Origin: an uncultured Acidimicrobiales bacterium | Lineage (GTDB): Bacteria; Actinomycetota; Acidimicrobiia; Acidimicrobiales; DATKAS01 | DNA length: 64,000 nucleotides | Direction of reading: 5' to 3' | NCBI GenBank assembly: GCA_963733765.1 | Contig: CAVTEI010000003.1 | Location: 1,935,711 to 1,999,710 of the forward strand | Part shown: piece by piece, positions 16,068 through 29,229 of the stretch | Numbering within the stretch: the stretch's first letter is position 1 | Layout of the letters: every line of letters starts with the position of its first letter | The notes under the pieces: model-generated | Databases searched by the model: none | Seen by the model: only the letters and a program-made list of their open reading frames with translations | What the model was told of the DNA's origin: nothing | Translations under genes and position numbers: made by a program

Positions 16068-16631
16068 ATGATCGACGAGACGTTGCTCGACACGATGGAG
16101 AAGATGGAGAAGGCCGTCGAGCACGCTCGTGCCCACTTCGGAACCGTTCGAACCGGCCGTGCGTCGCCGGCGCTCGTCGAGAAGCTGATGGTCTCGTACT
16201 ACGGCTCCGACGTTCCGTTGCAGCAACTCGCCGGCTTCACCGTCCCCGAGGCGCGTCTTCTCGTCGTGCAGCCGTACGACAAAGGCAAGGACGTGATGGC
16301 CGCGATCGAGAAGGCGATCCGCAACTCCGATCTCGGCATCAACCCGAGCACCGACGGTGTGGTGATCCGGCTTGCGTTTCCTCCGCTCACCGAGGAGCGG
16401 CGCAAGGAGTTCGTGAAGGTCGTGAAGCACATGGCCGAAGAGGGCCGTGTTGCCGTCCGCAACATCCGGCGCGACGCCCGCAAGCACCTCGAGTCGGCGG
16501 AGAAGGCGGGCGACATCTCGCACGACGAGCTCGACCGTGCGGAGAAGGAGCTCGACAAGCTCACACACGAGCACGTCGAGGAGATCGACAAGGCGCTGCA
16601 GCACAAAGAGCACGAATTGCTCGAGGTGTGA
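16068..16631 (+). CDS. frr: ribosome recycling factor
   Basis: 187 aa; MIDETLLDTMEKMEKAVEHARAHFGTVRTGRASPALVEKLMVSYYGSDVPLQQLA... is canonical RRF. Confidence 0.95.
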   Translation: MIDETLLDTMEKMEKAVEHARAHFGTVRTGRASPALVEKLMVSYYGSDVPLQQLAGFTVPEARLLVVQPYDKGKDVMAAIEKAIRNSDLGINPSTDGVVIRLAFPPLTEERRKEFVKVVKHMAEEGRVAVRNIRRDARKHLESAEKAGDISHDELDRAEKELDKLTHEHVEEIDKALQHKEHELLEV

Positions 16632-16669
16632 GTGCTTTGTCCCGATCCCAGGAGGCTTTTCATGGCTGA
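16628..16669 (+). other. 13-codon mini-ORF linking the frr stop to the cdsA start
   Basis: GTG 16628 overlaps the frr TGA (16629-16631). It reads VSALSRSQEAFHG* and ends at TGA 16667-16669, 8 nt into cdsA (ATGGCTGA). Confidence 0.25.
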
Positions 16670-18011
16670 GGACGAGAGCGGCTTTCGACCGCCCGACGAC
16701 GAGCCCGAAGGAATCCGGCTCGTCGGGCCAACCGACCCACCCTTGAAGTTTCCCGAGCGCGGCTCAGACGACACGACTGCACTCCCGCATTGGTCGGAGC
16801 CAGCGACCGGTGAGATGCCACGGATGCTCTTCGACGAAGAGCCCGCCGAGCCCGACCAAGAGCTCGAGGCGTGGTCGTCCTTCGCCGCGACACCCCGCTG
16901 GCGCAGCTCAGCTGACGACTGGGACGACGACACCGACCTGTCCGAGCTCGGGGATGCCGAGACGAACATCGGCGCACTCGACTCGAGCCGCGACGACCGC
17001 GCCGATGTCTTCGTGTTCGACGACACGACCGAGCCGCCCACTGATCCCGCGCCCGCGGTGACCCCGATCCGGACGGGGACGCGCAGCGCACCCCCGGCCG
17101 CACCTGCAGCAGCGGCCGCGAGCAAGACGACGACCGCGCGCAAACAGTCGCCGTCCCCACCTCGCCCCGGCGGCGGTTCGGGAGGGGGCACAGGCGGCCC
17201 CACCGCGGACCGCGACCTTCCCGTGGCCATCGGCGTCGGCGTCGCGCTGGCGGTGGTCGCGCTCGTGCTGTTCTCGATCGGACCGGGTGCGGCGATGGGA
17301 CTGGTCACGCTGGTGATCGCAGCCGCCGCGGCCGAGTTCTACGCCGCGATGCAGAAGGTCGCGTACCGCCCAGCCACCCTGCTCGGCATCGTCGCGTGTG
17401 CCGGCTTGCCGCTGGCCACCTACTGGCGAGGCGAAGCCGCGATCCCGCTCGTGCTCATGTTGAGCGTCGTGTTCGGGTTGCTCTGGTTCCTGCTGGCGGC
17501 CGAGGACGTCCGCCCCGTCCCCAACCTCGCGGTGACGCTCCTCGGCGTCGTCTACGTCGGATTGCTCGGGTCGTTCGCGGCGCTGTTGCTGAAGTTCCCG
17601 AACGGCGTCGGCATGTTGCTCGGAGCGATCATCGCCACGGTCGCCTACGACGTCGGCGGCCTGTTCGTCGGGTCGAGCGCAGGGCGGTCACACCTTTCGC
17701 CGAACGTCAGCCCGAACAAGACCTACGAAGGTCTCGCCGGCGGCATGCTCATGGCCATCCTCGCTGCGGTCGTCATCTGCGGCCGGTTCGTGCCGTGGGA
17801 CAACTTGGGCGACTCCATCAAGCTCGGCATCGTCGTCGCGATCGCAGCACCGCTCGGCGACCTGTGCGAGTCGATGATCAAGCGCGACCTCGGCATCAAG
17901 GACATGGGGACGATCCTCCCCGGCCACGGCGGCATCCTCGACCGTTTCGACGCGCTGCTCTTCGTCCTGCCGTCCGTCTACTACCTAGCTCTCGTCACCG
18001 ACCTCTTCTGA
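16662..18011 (+). CDS. cdsA: phosphatidate cytidylyltransferase with a ~190-aa acidic disordered N-terminal extension
   Basis: C-terminal signature SMIKRDLGIKDMGTILPGHGGILDRFD and multiple TM helices. AGGAGG lies 6 nt upstream of ATG 16662; an in-frame GTG at 16632 is an alternative start. Confidence 0.88.
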   Translation: MAEDESGFRPPDDEPEGIRLVGPTDPPLKFPERGSDDTTALPHWSEPATGEMPRMLFDEEPAEPDQELEAWSSFAATPRWRSSADDWDDDTDLSELGDAETNIGALDSSRDDRADVFVFDDTTEPPTDPAPAVTPIRTGTRSAPPAAPAAAAASKTTTARKQSPSPPRPGGGSGGGTGGPTADRDLPVAIGVGVALAVVALVLFSIGPGAAMGLVTLVIAAAAAEFYAAMQKVAYRPATLLGIVACAGLPLATYWRGEAAIPLVLMLSVVFGLLWFLLAAEDVRPVPNLAVTLLGVVYVGLLGSFAALLLKFPNGVGMLLGAIIATVAYDVGGLFVGSSAGRSHLSPNVSPNKTYEGLAGGMLMAILAAVVICGRFVPWDNLGDSIKLGIVVAIAAPLGDLCESMIKRDLGIKDMGTILPGHGGILDRFDALLFVLPSVYYLALVTDLF

Positions 18012-18056
18012 CGCGGCCGCCGGCCGGCGCGGCGGCGGGCCGCGTAGGCTGCGTCG

Positions 18057-19221
18057 GTGGGCACGCAGGTGGCCGTCGCCGGCTCGACCGGCTCGATCGG
18101 AGTGCAGACCCTCGAGGTCGTGGCGGCCGAGCCCGACCGGTTCGAGGTGTGGGGCATCGGCGCGTCTACCTCAGTCGAGAAGCTCGTCGAGCAGGCGAGG
18201 CGGGTACGTCCACAGGTCGTCGCGATCGCTGATCCGACGCACGAAGCCACACTCCGCGAACAGCTGCCCGACTGTGACGTCAGGGCGGGGAGCGATGCGC
18301 TCGCGTCGCTCGCCGAGGGCGCTGACGTCGTGGTCAACGGGGTCGTTGGCTTTGCCGGCCTTCCCGTCACCATGGCGACGTTGTTGGCCGGCAAGCGTCT
18401 CGCGCTCGCGAACAAGGAGTCGCTGATCGCCGCGGGCCCCGTGGTCGCTGCTGCTCGGCGCACATCCGGCGCGGAGCTCGTACCAGTCGATTCTGAGCAC
18501 TGTGCGGTGCACCAATGCCTGCGCGCCGAGCGCGACCTTGGGAGGCGCCGATCTGGCGCGGATCGTGCTCACCGCGAGTGGGGGTCCGTTCCGGGGTCGC
18601 AACCGGACCGACCTCGCACAGGTCACCGTGAACGACGCCCTCGCCCATCCGACCTGGAGCATGGGCCCGAAGATCACGGTGGATTCGTCGACGCTCATGA
18701 ACAAGGGGCTCGAGGTGATCGAGGCCCATGAGCTGTTCGACGCCCCCTACGACCAGATCGAGGTCGTCGTCCACCCGCAGTCGATCGTGCATTCGATGGT
18801 GGAGTTCACCGACGGAGCGACCGTTGCCCAGCTCTCAATGCCCGACATGCGCCTGCCGATTGGCTATGCGTTGGCCTACCCCGAACGCATCTCGACGCCC
18901 TTCGGGCGGATGGACTGGGCGGCGACCGGCCGGCTCGACTTCGAGGCGCCCGACCTCGAGACGTTCGGCTGCCTGCGCCTGGCCTATGAGGCCGGGCGGC
19001 TCGGCGGAACCGCCCCAGCCTGGCTGAACGCCGGGAACGAGGTCGCCGTCGCCGCCTTCCTCGACGGGCGCATACCGTGGATTGCCATCTCCGACGTCCT
19101 CAGCGAGGTGCTTTCCAGGCATGATGGGAACTCGGCCGACTCCATCGACGCTGTGATCGAAGCTGACCGCACTGCCCGGGCCACGGCCGCCCAGGTGATC
19201 GAGCGGCGGCAGGCGGCCTAG
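18057..19221 (+). CDS. dxr: 1-deoxy-D-xylulose-5-phosphate reductoisomerase, frame broken near 18543
   Basis: ORF 18057 gives VAVAGSTGSIGVQTLEVV...LANKESLIAAG...VDSEHCAVHQCLRAERDLG. ORF 18502 (+1 frame) continues GADLARIVLTASGGPFRGR...HPTWSMGPKITVDSSTLMNKGLEVIEAH.... One extra base lies in cttgggAggcgcc. Confidence 0.9.
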
Positions 19222-19244
19222 GCGGAAAGGGAGCACATCACACG

Positions 19245-20534
19245 ATGACCGACACCCAGGTACCGGGAGCACAGACCCCCGGGGCCGAGCAGCCGCCCGA
19301 GCAGCCTCGGTCGGTCGTCGGCTTGGTGCTCCTCGTCGCGGGCATCGTCGCCTTGGGCGTGCTCGGGTCGGTGTCGGCCGTGATCGTCGTGCTCGCCCTT
19401 CTCGTGATGATCTTCATGCACGAGCTGGGCCACTACCTCACCGCCCGGTCCGCGGGCATGAAGGTCACCGAGTTCTTCCTCGGCTTCGGCCCCCGCATCG
19501 GGTCATTTCGCAAGGGGGAGACCGAGTACGGGCTGAAGGCGATCCCCGCCGGCGCGTACGTGCGGATCATCGGGATGCACAACCTCGATCCCGTCGAGCC
19601 GGAGGACGAGGCGCGCGCCTACAAGAACAAGCCGTACTGGCGGAAGATGAGCGTCGCTTCGGCCGGCTCGATGATGCACTTCCTGATGGCGGCGCTCCTG
19701 CTGTTCACGCTGTTCGCGACCTATGGCCAGCGCAGCGAGGACAACTGGACGGTCGGAGCGATCTCGCGGCTCGGCAACACGAACACGAGCCCGGCGCTCG
19801 AAGCCGGCCTCGAGATCGGCGATCGCATCGTCGAGGTCGACGGCATCCCGGTCACGACGTTCGACGCGACGGTCGACCTGATCCAGGCGCGACCGGGCCA
19901 GCAGGTGGTGCTCCTGGTCGAGCGTGACGGCGAGACCTTCGAGACCGCGACCACGCTCGAGGAGCGCAACCCCGAGGGGGAGCCGGTCGGGTTCCTCGGC
20001 GTCGGCCCGACGTTCCCATACGAGAGCCAGTCGATCCTGTCCGCCGCGAAGAACACCGGCGTCATGTTCAAGACGCTCACGACCGAGACGCTCGGGGCGC
20101 TCGGCTCGTTCTTCTCGCCGAGCGGGATGTCCGACTACGTCGACACCCTGCTGGGACGGCCGGCGACGTCGACCGACACGGGATCGAGCTCGGACGAGGA
20201 AAGCCAGGGCGATCGCCCGCTGTCGCCGGTCGGCGCCGTGCGGATCGCCTCCCAGGCCGCCGACGCCGGTCTGCCGGAACTGCTCTGGTTCCTGGTCGTC
20301 ATCAACATGTTCGTGGGCATCTTCAACCTGATCCCGTTGCTTCCGCTCGACGGTGGCCACATCGCGATCGGCACCTACGAGAAGATCCGATCCCGCAAGG
20401 GCAAGCGGTACGAGGTCGACGTCGCCAAGCTGATGCCGCTCACCTACGCGGTGGTCCTGTTCATGGGATTCGTCTTCGTGTCTTCGCTGTGGCTCGACCT
20501 TTCCGACCCGCTGCGCAACCCGTTCGGGCAGTGA
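19245..20534 (+). CDS. rseP: M50 site-2 zinc metalloprotease (RseP/Rip1 family) with PDZ domain
   Basis: HELGHYLTAR zinc motif, central PDZ-like region, and second motif NLIPLLPLDGGH. Confidence 0.9.
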   Translation: MTDTQVPGAQTPGAEQPPEQPRSVVGLVLLVAGIVALGVLGSVSAVIVVLALLVMIFMHELGHYLTARSAGMKVTEFFLGFGPRIGSFRKGETEYGLKAIPAGAYVRIIGMHNLDPVEPEDEARAYKNKPYWRKMSVASAGSMMHFLMAALLLFTLFATYGQRSEDNWTVGAISRLGNTNTSPALEAGLEIGDRIVEVDGIPVTTFDATVDLIQARPGQQVVLLVERDGETFETATTLEERNPEGEPVGFLGVGPTFPYESQSILSAAKNTGVMFKTLTTETLGALGSFFSPSGMSDYVDTLLGRPATSTDTGSSSDEESQGDRPLSPVGAVRIASQAADAGLPELLWFLVVINMFVGIFNLIPLLPLDGGHIAIGTYEKIRSRKGKRYEVDVAKLMPLTYAVVLFMGFVFVSSLWLDLSDPLRNPFGQ

Positions 20535-20557
20535 TCGGCGCGGTGACCCCGCGGTGA
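20531..20557 (+). other. bridging mini-ORF VIGAVTPR* between rseP and ispG
   Basis: GTG 20531-20533 overlaps the rseP TGA 20532-20534. TGA 20555-20557 overlaps the ispG GTG 20554-20556. It contains the tandem copies gcggtgacccc/gcggtgagcccc. Confidence 0.35.
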
Positions 20558-21772
20558 GCCCCACCTACGAGCGACGGCGCACCCGTCAGATCCAGGTCGG
20601 CGCGGTGCCCGTGGGGGGCGACGCCCCGATCAGCATCCAGTCGATGACGATCACCAAGACGGCCGACGTCGACGGCACGCTCGCCCAGATCTACGCGCTC
20701 GCCGGCGCCGGATGCGACATCGTTCGTTGCACCTGCAACGAACCCGAGGCGGCGGAGGGTTTGGCCCGCATCGTGCCGCGGTCACCGCTGCCGGTCGTCG
20801 CCGACATCCACTTCCAATACAAGCTCGCCTTGGCGGCGCTCGATGCGGGGGTGCATCAGCTGCGCCTGAACCCCGGCAACATCCGCAAGCCCGAGCACAT
20901 CAAGCTGGTCGCATCCGAGGCGCGTGATCGCGGCATCTCGTGCCGCATCGGCGTCAACGCCGGCTCGCTCGACCCCGAGCTCTACGAGCGCTTCGGAGGA
21001 CCGACGGCCGCGGCGATGGTCGAGTCGGCCAAGAAGGAGATCGGCTACTTCGAGGAGGTCGGGTACGACCTCATCGAGATCTCGGTCAAGTCGTCGAACG
21101 TGGCCGTGATGATCGAGGCCTACCGGCAGCTCGCCGACGTCACCGATCATCCGCTCCACCTCGGCGTCACCGAGGCCGGTCCGATCCCGCAGGGGCTCGT
21201 CAAGGCCACGGCCGGCATCGCGACGCTGCTCGCGGAGGGCATCGGCGACACGATCCGCTACTCGCTCACGGCCGATCCGGTCGAGGAGGCGAAGGCCGGC
21301 CGCGTGCTGCTCGAGTCGATGGGCCTGCGTGAGCGCCGAGGCCTGGACCTCATCGCGTGCCCGTCGTGCGGACGCGCGGAGATCGACGTGATCGCGGTGG
21401 CCGACGCCGCCCAGCGCGCGCTCGAGGGCCTGAACCTGCCGATCCAAGTCGCGGTCATGGGATGCGTCGTGAACGGGCCGGGCGAGGCACGATCAGCCGA
21501 CATCGGCATCGCCGCCGGCCGCAAGCGCGGCCATCTCTTCATCAAGGGCGAGGTCGTCAAGCGTCGTGCCCGAGGACGCGATGGTCGACGAGCTCGTCCG
21601 TCTCGCCGAGATCTACGTGAAGGATGGCCCCGAAGCGGCACTCGCGCAGGCCGACCCGACAGCCGCGGCAGAGGCGGAAGCCGACCGCGCCGCGTTGCTC
21701 GACGACCGGGGGGCCGACGCGAACGCGAGCGAAGAGCGCGTCGAGCTGATCCGCAAGCGCGTCCAGACGTAA
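20554..21772 (+). CDS. ispG: 4-hydroxy-3-methylbut-2-enyl diphosphate synthase, frame broken near 21565
   Basis: ORF 20554 is IspG up to ...GRKRGHLFIKGEVVKR. The true C-terminus VPEDAMVDELVRLAEIYVKDG...ELIRKRVQT* is the +1-frame ORF 21566-21772. The remaining ~300 aa of the 638-aa track ORF are Arg-rich out-of-frame read-through. Confidence 0.9.
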
Positions 21773-21811
21773 ATCGGGCGGCTCGCTCCCACGGCTTTGG
21801 GACCATGGGCG

Positions 21812-23917
<2,106 letters not shown>

Positions 23918-23970
23918 CCGCCTCGCCGGTATACTTTGCGGGTTCGTTTCAGTTCGATCAGGCGTCGACT

Positions 23971-24005
23971 GAAGGCGTGGGCGCTGCCCACGCCTTCTGT
24001 TTCGT
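23971..24005 (+). terminator. intrinsic terminator after proS
   Basis: Perfect 11-bp stem gaaggcgtggg / cccacgccttc (23971-23981 / 23987-23997) with loop cgctg, followed by tgtttcgt. Confidence 0.6.
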
Positions 24006-24047
24006 CGGCGCTCGGTCGTTTGACAGTCCGGAGAGGAGGCGAGGGCG

Positions 24048-24586
24048 ATGAGTGCAACGACCGCGGCCGACAAGGTCCATCAGCTCGTCGCGCCCCTGCT
24101 TGCCGACCTGAGCATCGAGGTGTCCGACGTCGAGCTCGCCGGGGGCCTCCTGCGGGTCACCGTCGAGCGGGCCGACGGCGCCTCGATCGACATCGACGCC
24201 ATCGCCGAAGCGACCCGCATCGTCTCGCGTGAGCTCGACCTCCACGACCCTGTGCCCGGCCGCTACACCCTCGAGGTCTCGAGCCCCGGTCTCGAACGCC
24301 CCCTGCGCACCCCCGCCCAGTTCGCGAAGGCCGTGGGCCAACAGATCTCGGTGCGAACACAACCGAACGTCGAGGGCGAGCGCCGGGTGGCCGGCTTGCT
24401 CACTTCGGCGGACAGCGCCGGCATCGTCGTGACATCCGAAGGCAGCGACGGCCCGGTCCGCCGCGCGCTCGCCTACGACGACATCGAACGTGCCCGGACC
24501 GTGTTCGAGTGGGGACCGCCGCCGAAGGCGCCCAAACCGAACCGCGCGGCGCGGCGCAAGTCGGCATCTGCGAAGGAGACCGCGCG

Positions 24587-24590
<4 letters not shown>
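24048..24590 (+). CDS. rimP: ribosome maturation factor RimP
   Basis: ...RYTLEVSSPGLERPLRTPAQFAKAVGQQISVRT... is the typical RimP core. Located upstream of nusA. Confidence 0.88.
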
Positions 24591-25820
<1,230 letters not shown>

Positions 25821-25834
<14 letters not shown>

Positions 25835-26114
25835 CGCCGGGCCTGTCCGCACCTGCGTCGGGTGTCGGCGGCAGCGGCCGGCACACGACCTGGTCAGGGT
25901 TGTCGCGGACGCCGCGGGCGAGGTCGTGATCGGGCGCACGCTCCCCGGAAGGGGAGCGTGGCTGTGCCCGGACAGCCCCGCATGCCTGGCCCAGGCGTCG
26001 AAGCGGGACGCACTCGGACGGGCGCTGCGCCGGCCCCTCGGTCCAGAGGCCTACGCTCGGCTGCAATCGCTCCTCGTACGACCATTGGAAATCCCTCCGA
26101 ACGTGCGAGAATGA
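25821..26114 (+). CDS. ylxR: YlxR/RnpM family (DUF448) RNA-binding protein
   Basis: PVRTCVGCRRQRPAHDLVRVV...GRTLPGRGAWLCPDSPACLAQASKRDALGRAL. No canonical start lies near the 5' end (CTG 25821 is the nearest), so the start is uncertain. Confidence 0.7.
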
Positions 26115-26193
26115 TGCACCGCGCTGGACAGCCCGATCGGCTGGCGCGCACGTGAACTGATCTCCATCCCCATCCGAAAGGCTGACCGCAACC

Positions 26194-29100
26194 TTGCCCG
26201 CAAAGATCCGCCTCCACGAGCTGGCCAAAGAGCTCGGGATGACCAACAAGGAGACGCTCGACCTCTCTGTCGCGCTCGGCATCGGCGTGAAGAGTCATTC
26301 GTCGAGCATCGAAGAGGCGCAGGCCGATCGAGTGCGCCGGCGGGCGGAGCGCGACGGGCTGATCCGGCCCGAGCAGCCGGAAGAGGTGAAGCCGGCGAAG
26401 CCGGCCAAGGCGGCCGCGAAGACTACGAAGAAGGCAGCTGCACCCGCCGAGGAGCAGCCCGCCGCGGTGGACGTTCCTGCGGCGGTCGCGCCCGAACCTG
26501 CGGCCCCGCCCGTCGAGGAGCCCGCGGCGCCAGCTGCGCCGGCTCCGGTCGTACCGATCACCGTGAGCGAGCCGGAGCCGGTCACCGTCGAGGTGCCCGC
26601 GGCGGCAGTCGAGCCGCCGCCTCCGGCGGCCGAGCACCGCGTGGTGCGGAGCCGCCCGCTCGAGCCCGGCGACACCCATGGCCCGTCGATCGCGCCGGCC
26701 GCGCGGACATCGGCGCCCGGGCTCTCCGACCGCGCCGCGCCGCGTTCGCCGAGTGCGGGGTCGCCGAGCGGCGCCACGATCTCGGCTCCGCCCTCTATCC
26801 AGCGTCCGGTTGCGCCGACCGCTCCCGCTCCGGCGACCGCGCCGCCGCGGGAGCACCGCGCCCGCGGCAATGCCGACCGCGCCCGCGGCGACGAGCACAG
26901 CGCCGGCCTCGGCGCCCACCGCGCCGTCGGCAACGAGCACCGCACCAGGCCGCGACCAACGCGACACCCGAGGCGGCCGACGGCGTCGGCGGCGCCCGCG
27001 GGCGCGCCCCCGCGCTCGGCCAGCGGCAAGCCGATCCCCCCGCCGCCTCGTTCGCAGAGCGGCAAGCCCATTCCGCCGCCGCCCGGCATGGGCGGGCGCG
27101 GGCCCGCGCCGTCGCGAGGCACGACGACCAGCACCGGACCGTCGGCCGGGCGCGGCCCGTTCGGCGCGCGTCCTGGCGGGCCTCCCCGCACTTCTGGTGG
27201 TCTCGGCAGCGGCCCGAGCGGCGGCCCCGGCGGTGGCCGCGCCCCGTACGGCGCGCGTCCGGGCGGTCCCGGTGGCCCGGGGGGTCCCGGTGGCCCTGGC
27301 GGGCCTGGCCAGGGCCGGGGTTCCGGCCAGCGTCGGCCCCGTCCCGCCAAGCGCCGCCGCCGTCGGAACCTGGAGGAGCTGCAGCCGCAGTCGGGGCCGA
27401 CCTATTCGCCGACGGATGCTCCGATCCCCGAGGGCACGATCATCATCGAACGCGGAGCCAGCGCGCAGGAGCTCGCGGCGAAGCTGAACCGCACCGCGGC
27501 TGACGTCGTGCGCTACCTGCTGCAAGAGGGCGCGATGGTCACCGCGACCATGTCGCTCACCGACGAGCAGATGGAGCTGTTCGCGCTCGAGATCGGCGCC
27601 GACCTCCTCCTCATCGAGCCTGGGCAGCAAGAGGAGTTCGAGCTCCAGCAGCTGTTCAACGACGACGATGACGACGACCCCGTCGCGCAACGGCCGCGGC
27701 CGCCCGTCATCACCGTCATGGGGCACGTCGACCATGGCAAGACGCTGCTGCTCGACCGAATCCGCTCCGCGAACGTCGTCGCCGGCGAGGCCGGCGGCAT
27801 CACGCAGCACATCGGCGCCTACCAGACCGAGAAGGACGGGCGCCTCATCACCTTCATCGACACACCCGGTCACGAGGCGTTCACCAAGATGCGCGCTCGC
27901 GGCGCGGAGGTCACCGACATCGTCGTGCTCGTCGTCGCGGCCGACGACGGCGTGATGCCGCAGACGATCGAAGCGATCAACCACGCGAAGGCCGCGGAGG
28001 TGCCGATCGTCGTCGCCATCAACAAGATCGACCGTGCCAACGCCGATCCCGCCCGCGTGATGCAGCAGCTGTCCGAGCACGAGCTCGTGCCCGAGTCGTG
28101 GGGCGGCGACACCATCGTCGTCGAGATGTCGGCCTTGCAGGACCTCGGCGTCGACGACCTCCTCGAGCAGCTCATCCTCGTGGCCGACGTCGAAGAGCTC
28201 ACCGCCAACCCCGAGGGCCGCGCCAAGGGCGTTGTGCTGGAAGCGAACCTCGACATCGGGCGCGGCCCGGTCGCCACTGTCCTTGTCGACAAGGGCACGC
28301 TCGCCGTCGGCGACCCGATCGTCGCGGGCGCGGCGTGGGGCAGCGTGCGCGCTCTGATCGACGACCTCGGCGAACAAGTGAAGGAAGCCGGACCCTCGAC
28401 GCCGGTGCAGGTGCTCGGCCTCTCGATTGTGCCCGGTGCCGGTGACGAGTTCCGAGTCGCCCCCGACCTCAAGACCGCGAAGACCGTCGCCGAGGCGCGT
28501 GAGCAGCGTCAGCGGCTCACGAGCCAGCGAGGCATGGCCGCAGTGACGCACCGCGGCGTGAAGCTCGAGGACATCTTCGATCAGATCCAGAAGGGCGAAG
28601 CCGCCACACTGAACCTGATCGTGAAGGCCGACGTACAGGGTTCCCTCGAGGCGCTCACCGAGGGCCTCCGCAAGCTCGAGCGCGACGAGGTGAAGCTCGC
28701 CTTCGTGCATCGTGGTGTCGGCGGCATCACCGAGAACGACATCACGCTCGCTGCCACCACGAACGCCACGATCATCGGTTTCAACGTGCGTCCGGACCGC
28801 AAGGTCCGCGAGCTCGCCGACGCCGAGGACGTCGAGGTGCGCACCTACGAGATCATCTACCAAGTGCTCGAGGACATCGAGAACGCCATGGTCGGCATGC
28901 TCGCTCCCGAGTACGAAGAGGTGGTCACGGGCGAAGCCGAGGTGCGCGAGATCTTCCGGGTGCCGCGCATCGGGGCCATTGCGGGCTGTTACGTGCTGAA
29001 CGGCACGATCACCCGCGGCTCCAAGGTCCGTTTCCTTCGCGAGGGCACGATCATCTGGAAGGGCGCGGTCCAGTCGCTGCGGCGCTTCAAGGACGACGTC

Positions 29101-29211
29101 CGCGAGGTCAACGCCGGGTTCGAGTGCGGCATCGGTCTCACCGACTTCCAAGACCTCAAGCAGGGCGACATCATCGAGACCTACGAGGAGCGCGAGATCC
29201 CCCGTAGCTGA
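26194..29211 (+). CDS. infB: translation initiation factor IF-2
   Basis: TTG start. N-terminus MPAKIRLHELAKELGMTNKE, a long Pro/Ala/Gly/Arg linker, then the G domain (GHVDHGKTLLLD, DTPGHEAF, NKID) and C-terminal domains. Confidence 0.95.
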   Translation: MPAKIRLHELAKELGMTNKETLDLSVALGIGVKSHSSSIEEAQADRVRRRAERDGLIRPEQPEEVKPAKPAKAAAKTTKKAAAPAEEQPAAVDVPAAVAPEPAAPPVEEPAAPAAPAPVVPITVSEPEPVTVEVPAAAVEPPPPAAEHRVVRSRPLEPGDTHGPSIAPAARTSAPGLSDRAAPRSPSAGSPSGATISAPPSIQRPVAPTAPAPATAPPREHRARGNADRARGDEHSAGLGAHRAVGNEHRTRPRPTRHPRRPTASAAPAGAPPRSASGKPIPPPPRSQSGKPIPPPPGMGGRGPAPSRGTTTSTGPSAGRGPFGARPGGPPRTSGGLGSGPSGGPGGGRAPYGARPGGPGGPGGPGGPGGPGQGRGSGQRRPRPAKRRRRRNLEELQPQSGPTYSPTDAPIPEGTIIIERGASAQELAAKLNRTAADVVRYLLQEGAMVTATMSLTDEQMELFALEIGADLLLIEPGQQEEFELQQLFNDDDDDDPVAQRPRPPVITVMGHVDHGKTLLLDRIRSANVVAGEAGGITQHIGAYQTEKDGRLITFIDTPGHEAFTKMRARGAEVTDIVVLVVAADDGVMPQTIEAINHAKAAEVPIVVAINKIDRANADPARVMQQLSEHELVPESWGGDTIVVEMSALQDLGVDDLLEQLILVADVEELTANPEGRAKGVVLEANLDIGRGPVATVLVDKGTLAVGDPIVAGAAWGSVRALIDDLGEQVKEAGPSTPVQVLGLSIVPGAGDEFRVAPDLKTAKTVAEAREQRQRLTSQRGMAAVTHRGVKLEDIFDQIQKGEAATLNLIVKADVQGSLEALTEGLRKLERDEVKLAFVHRGVGGITENDITLAATTNATIIGFNVRPDRKVRELADAEDVEVRTYEIIYQVLEDIENAMVGMLAPEYEEVVTGEAEVREIFRVPRIGAIAGCYVLNGTITRGSKVRFLREGTIIWKGAVQSLRRFKDDVREVNAGFECGIGLTDFQDLKQGDIIETYEEREIPRS

Positions 29212-29229
29212 CCAAGGGGGGCTTGAGCC

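Noticed and set aside
26840-26960. Possible pair of compensating frame shifts in the IF-2 linker. The +1 frame reads an attractive Ala/Pro/Thr repeat (STAPAAMPTAPAATSTAPASAPTAPSATSTAPG), whereas the annotated frame reads EHRARGNADRARGDEHSAGLGAHRAVGNEHRTRP
   Set aside because: Third-position GC is higher in the annotated frame (about 32 of 33 codons end in G/C) than in the alternative (about 29 of 34). No frame break is required. I treat it as an imperfect nucleotide repeat within a fast-evolving linker.
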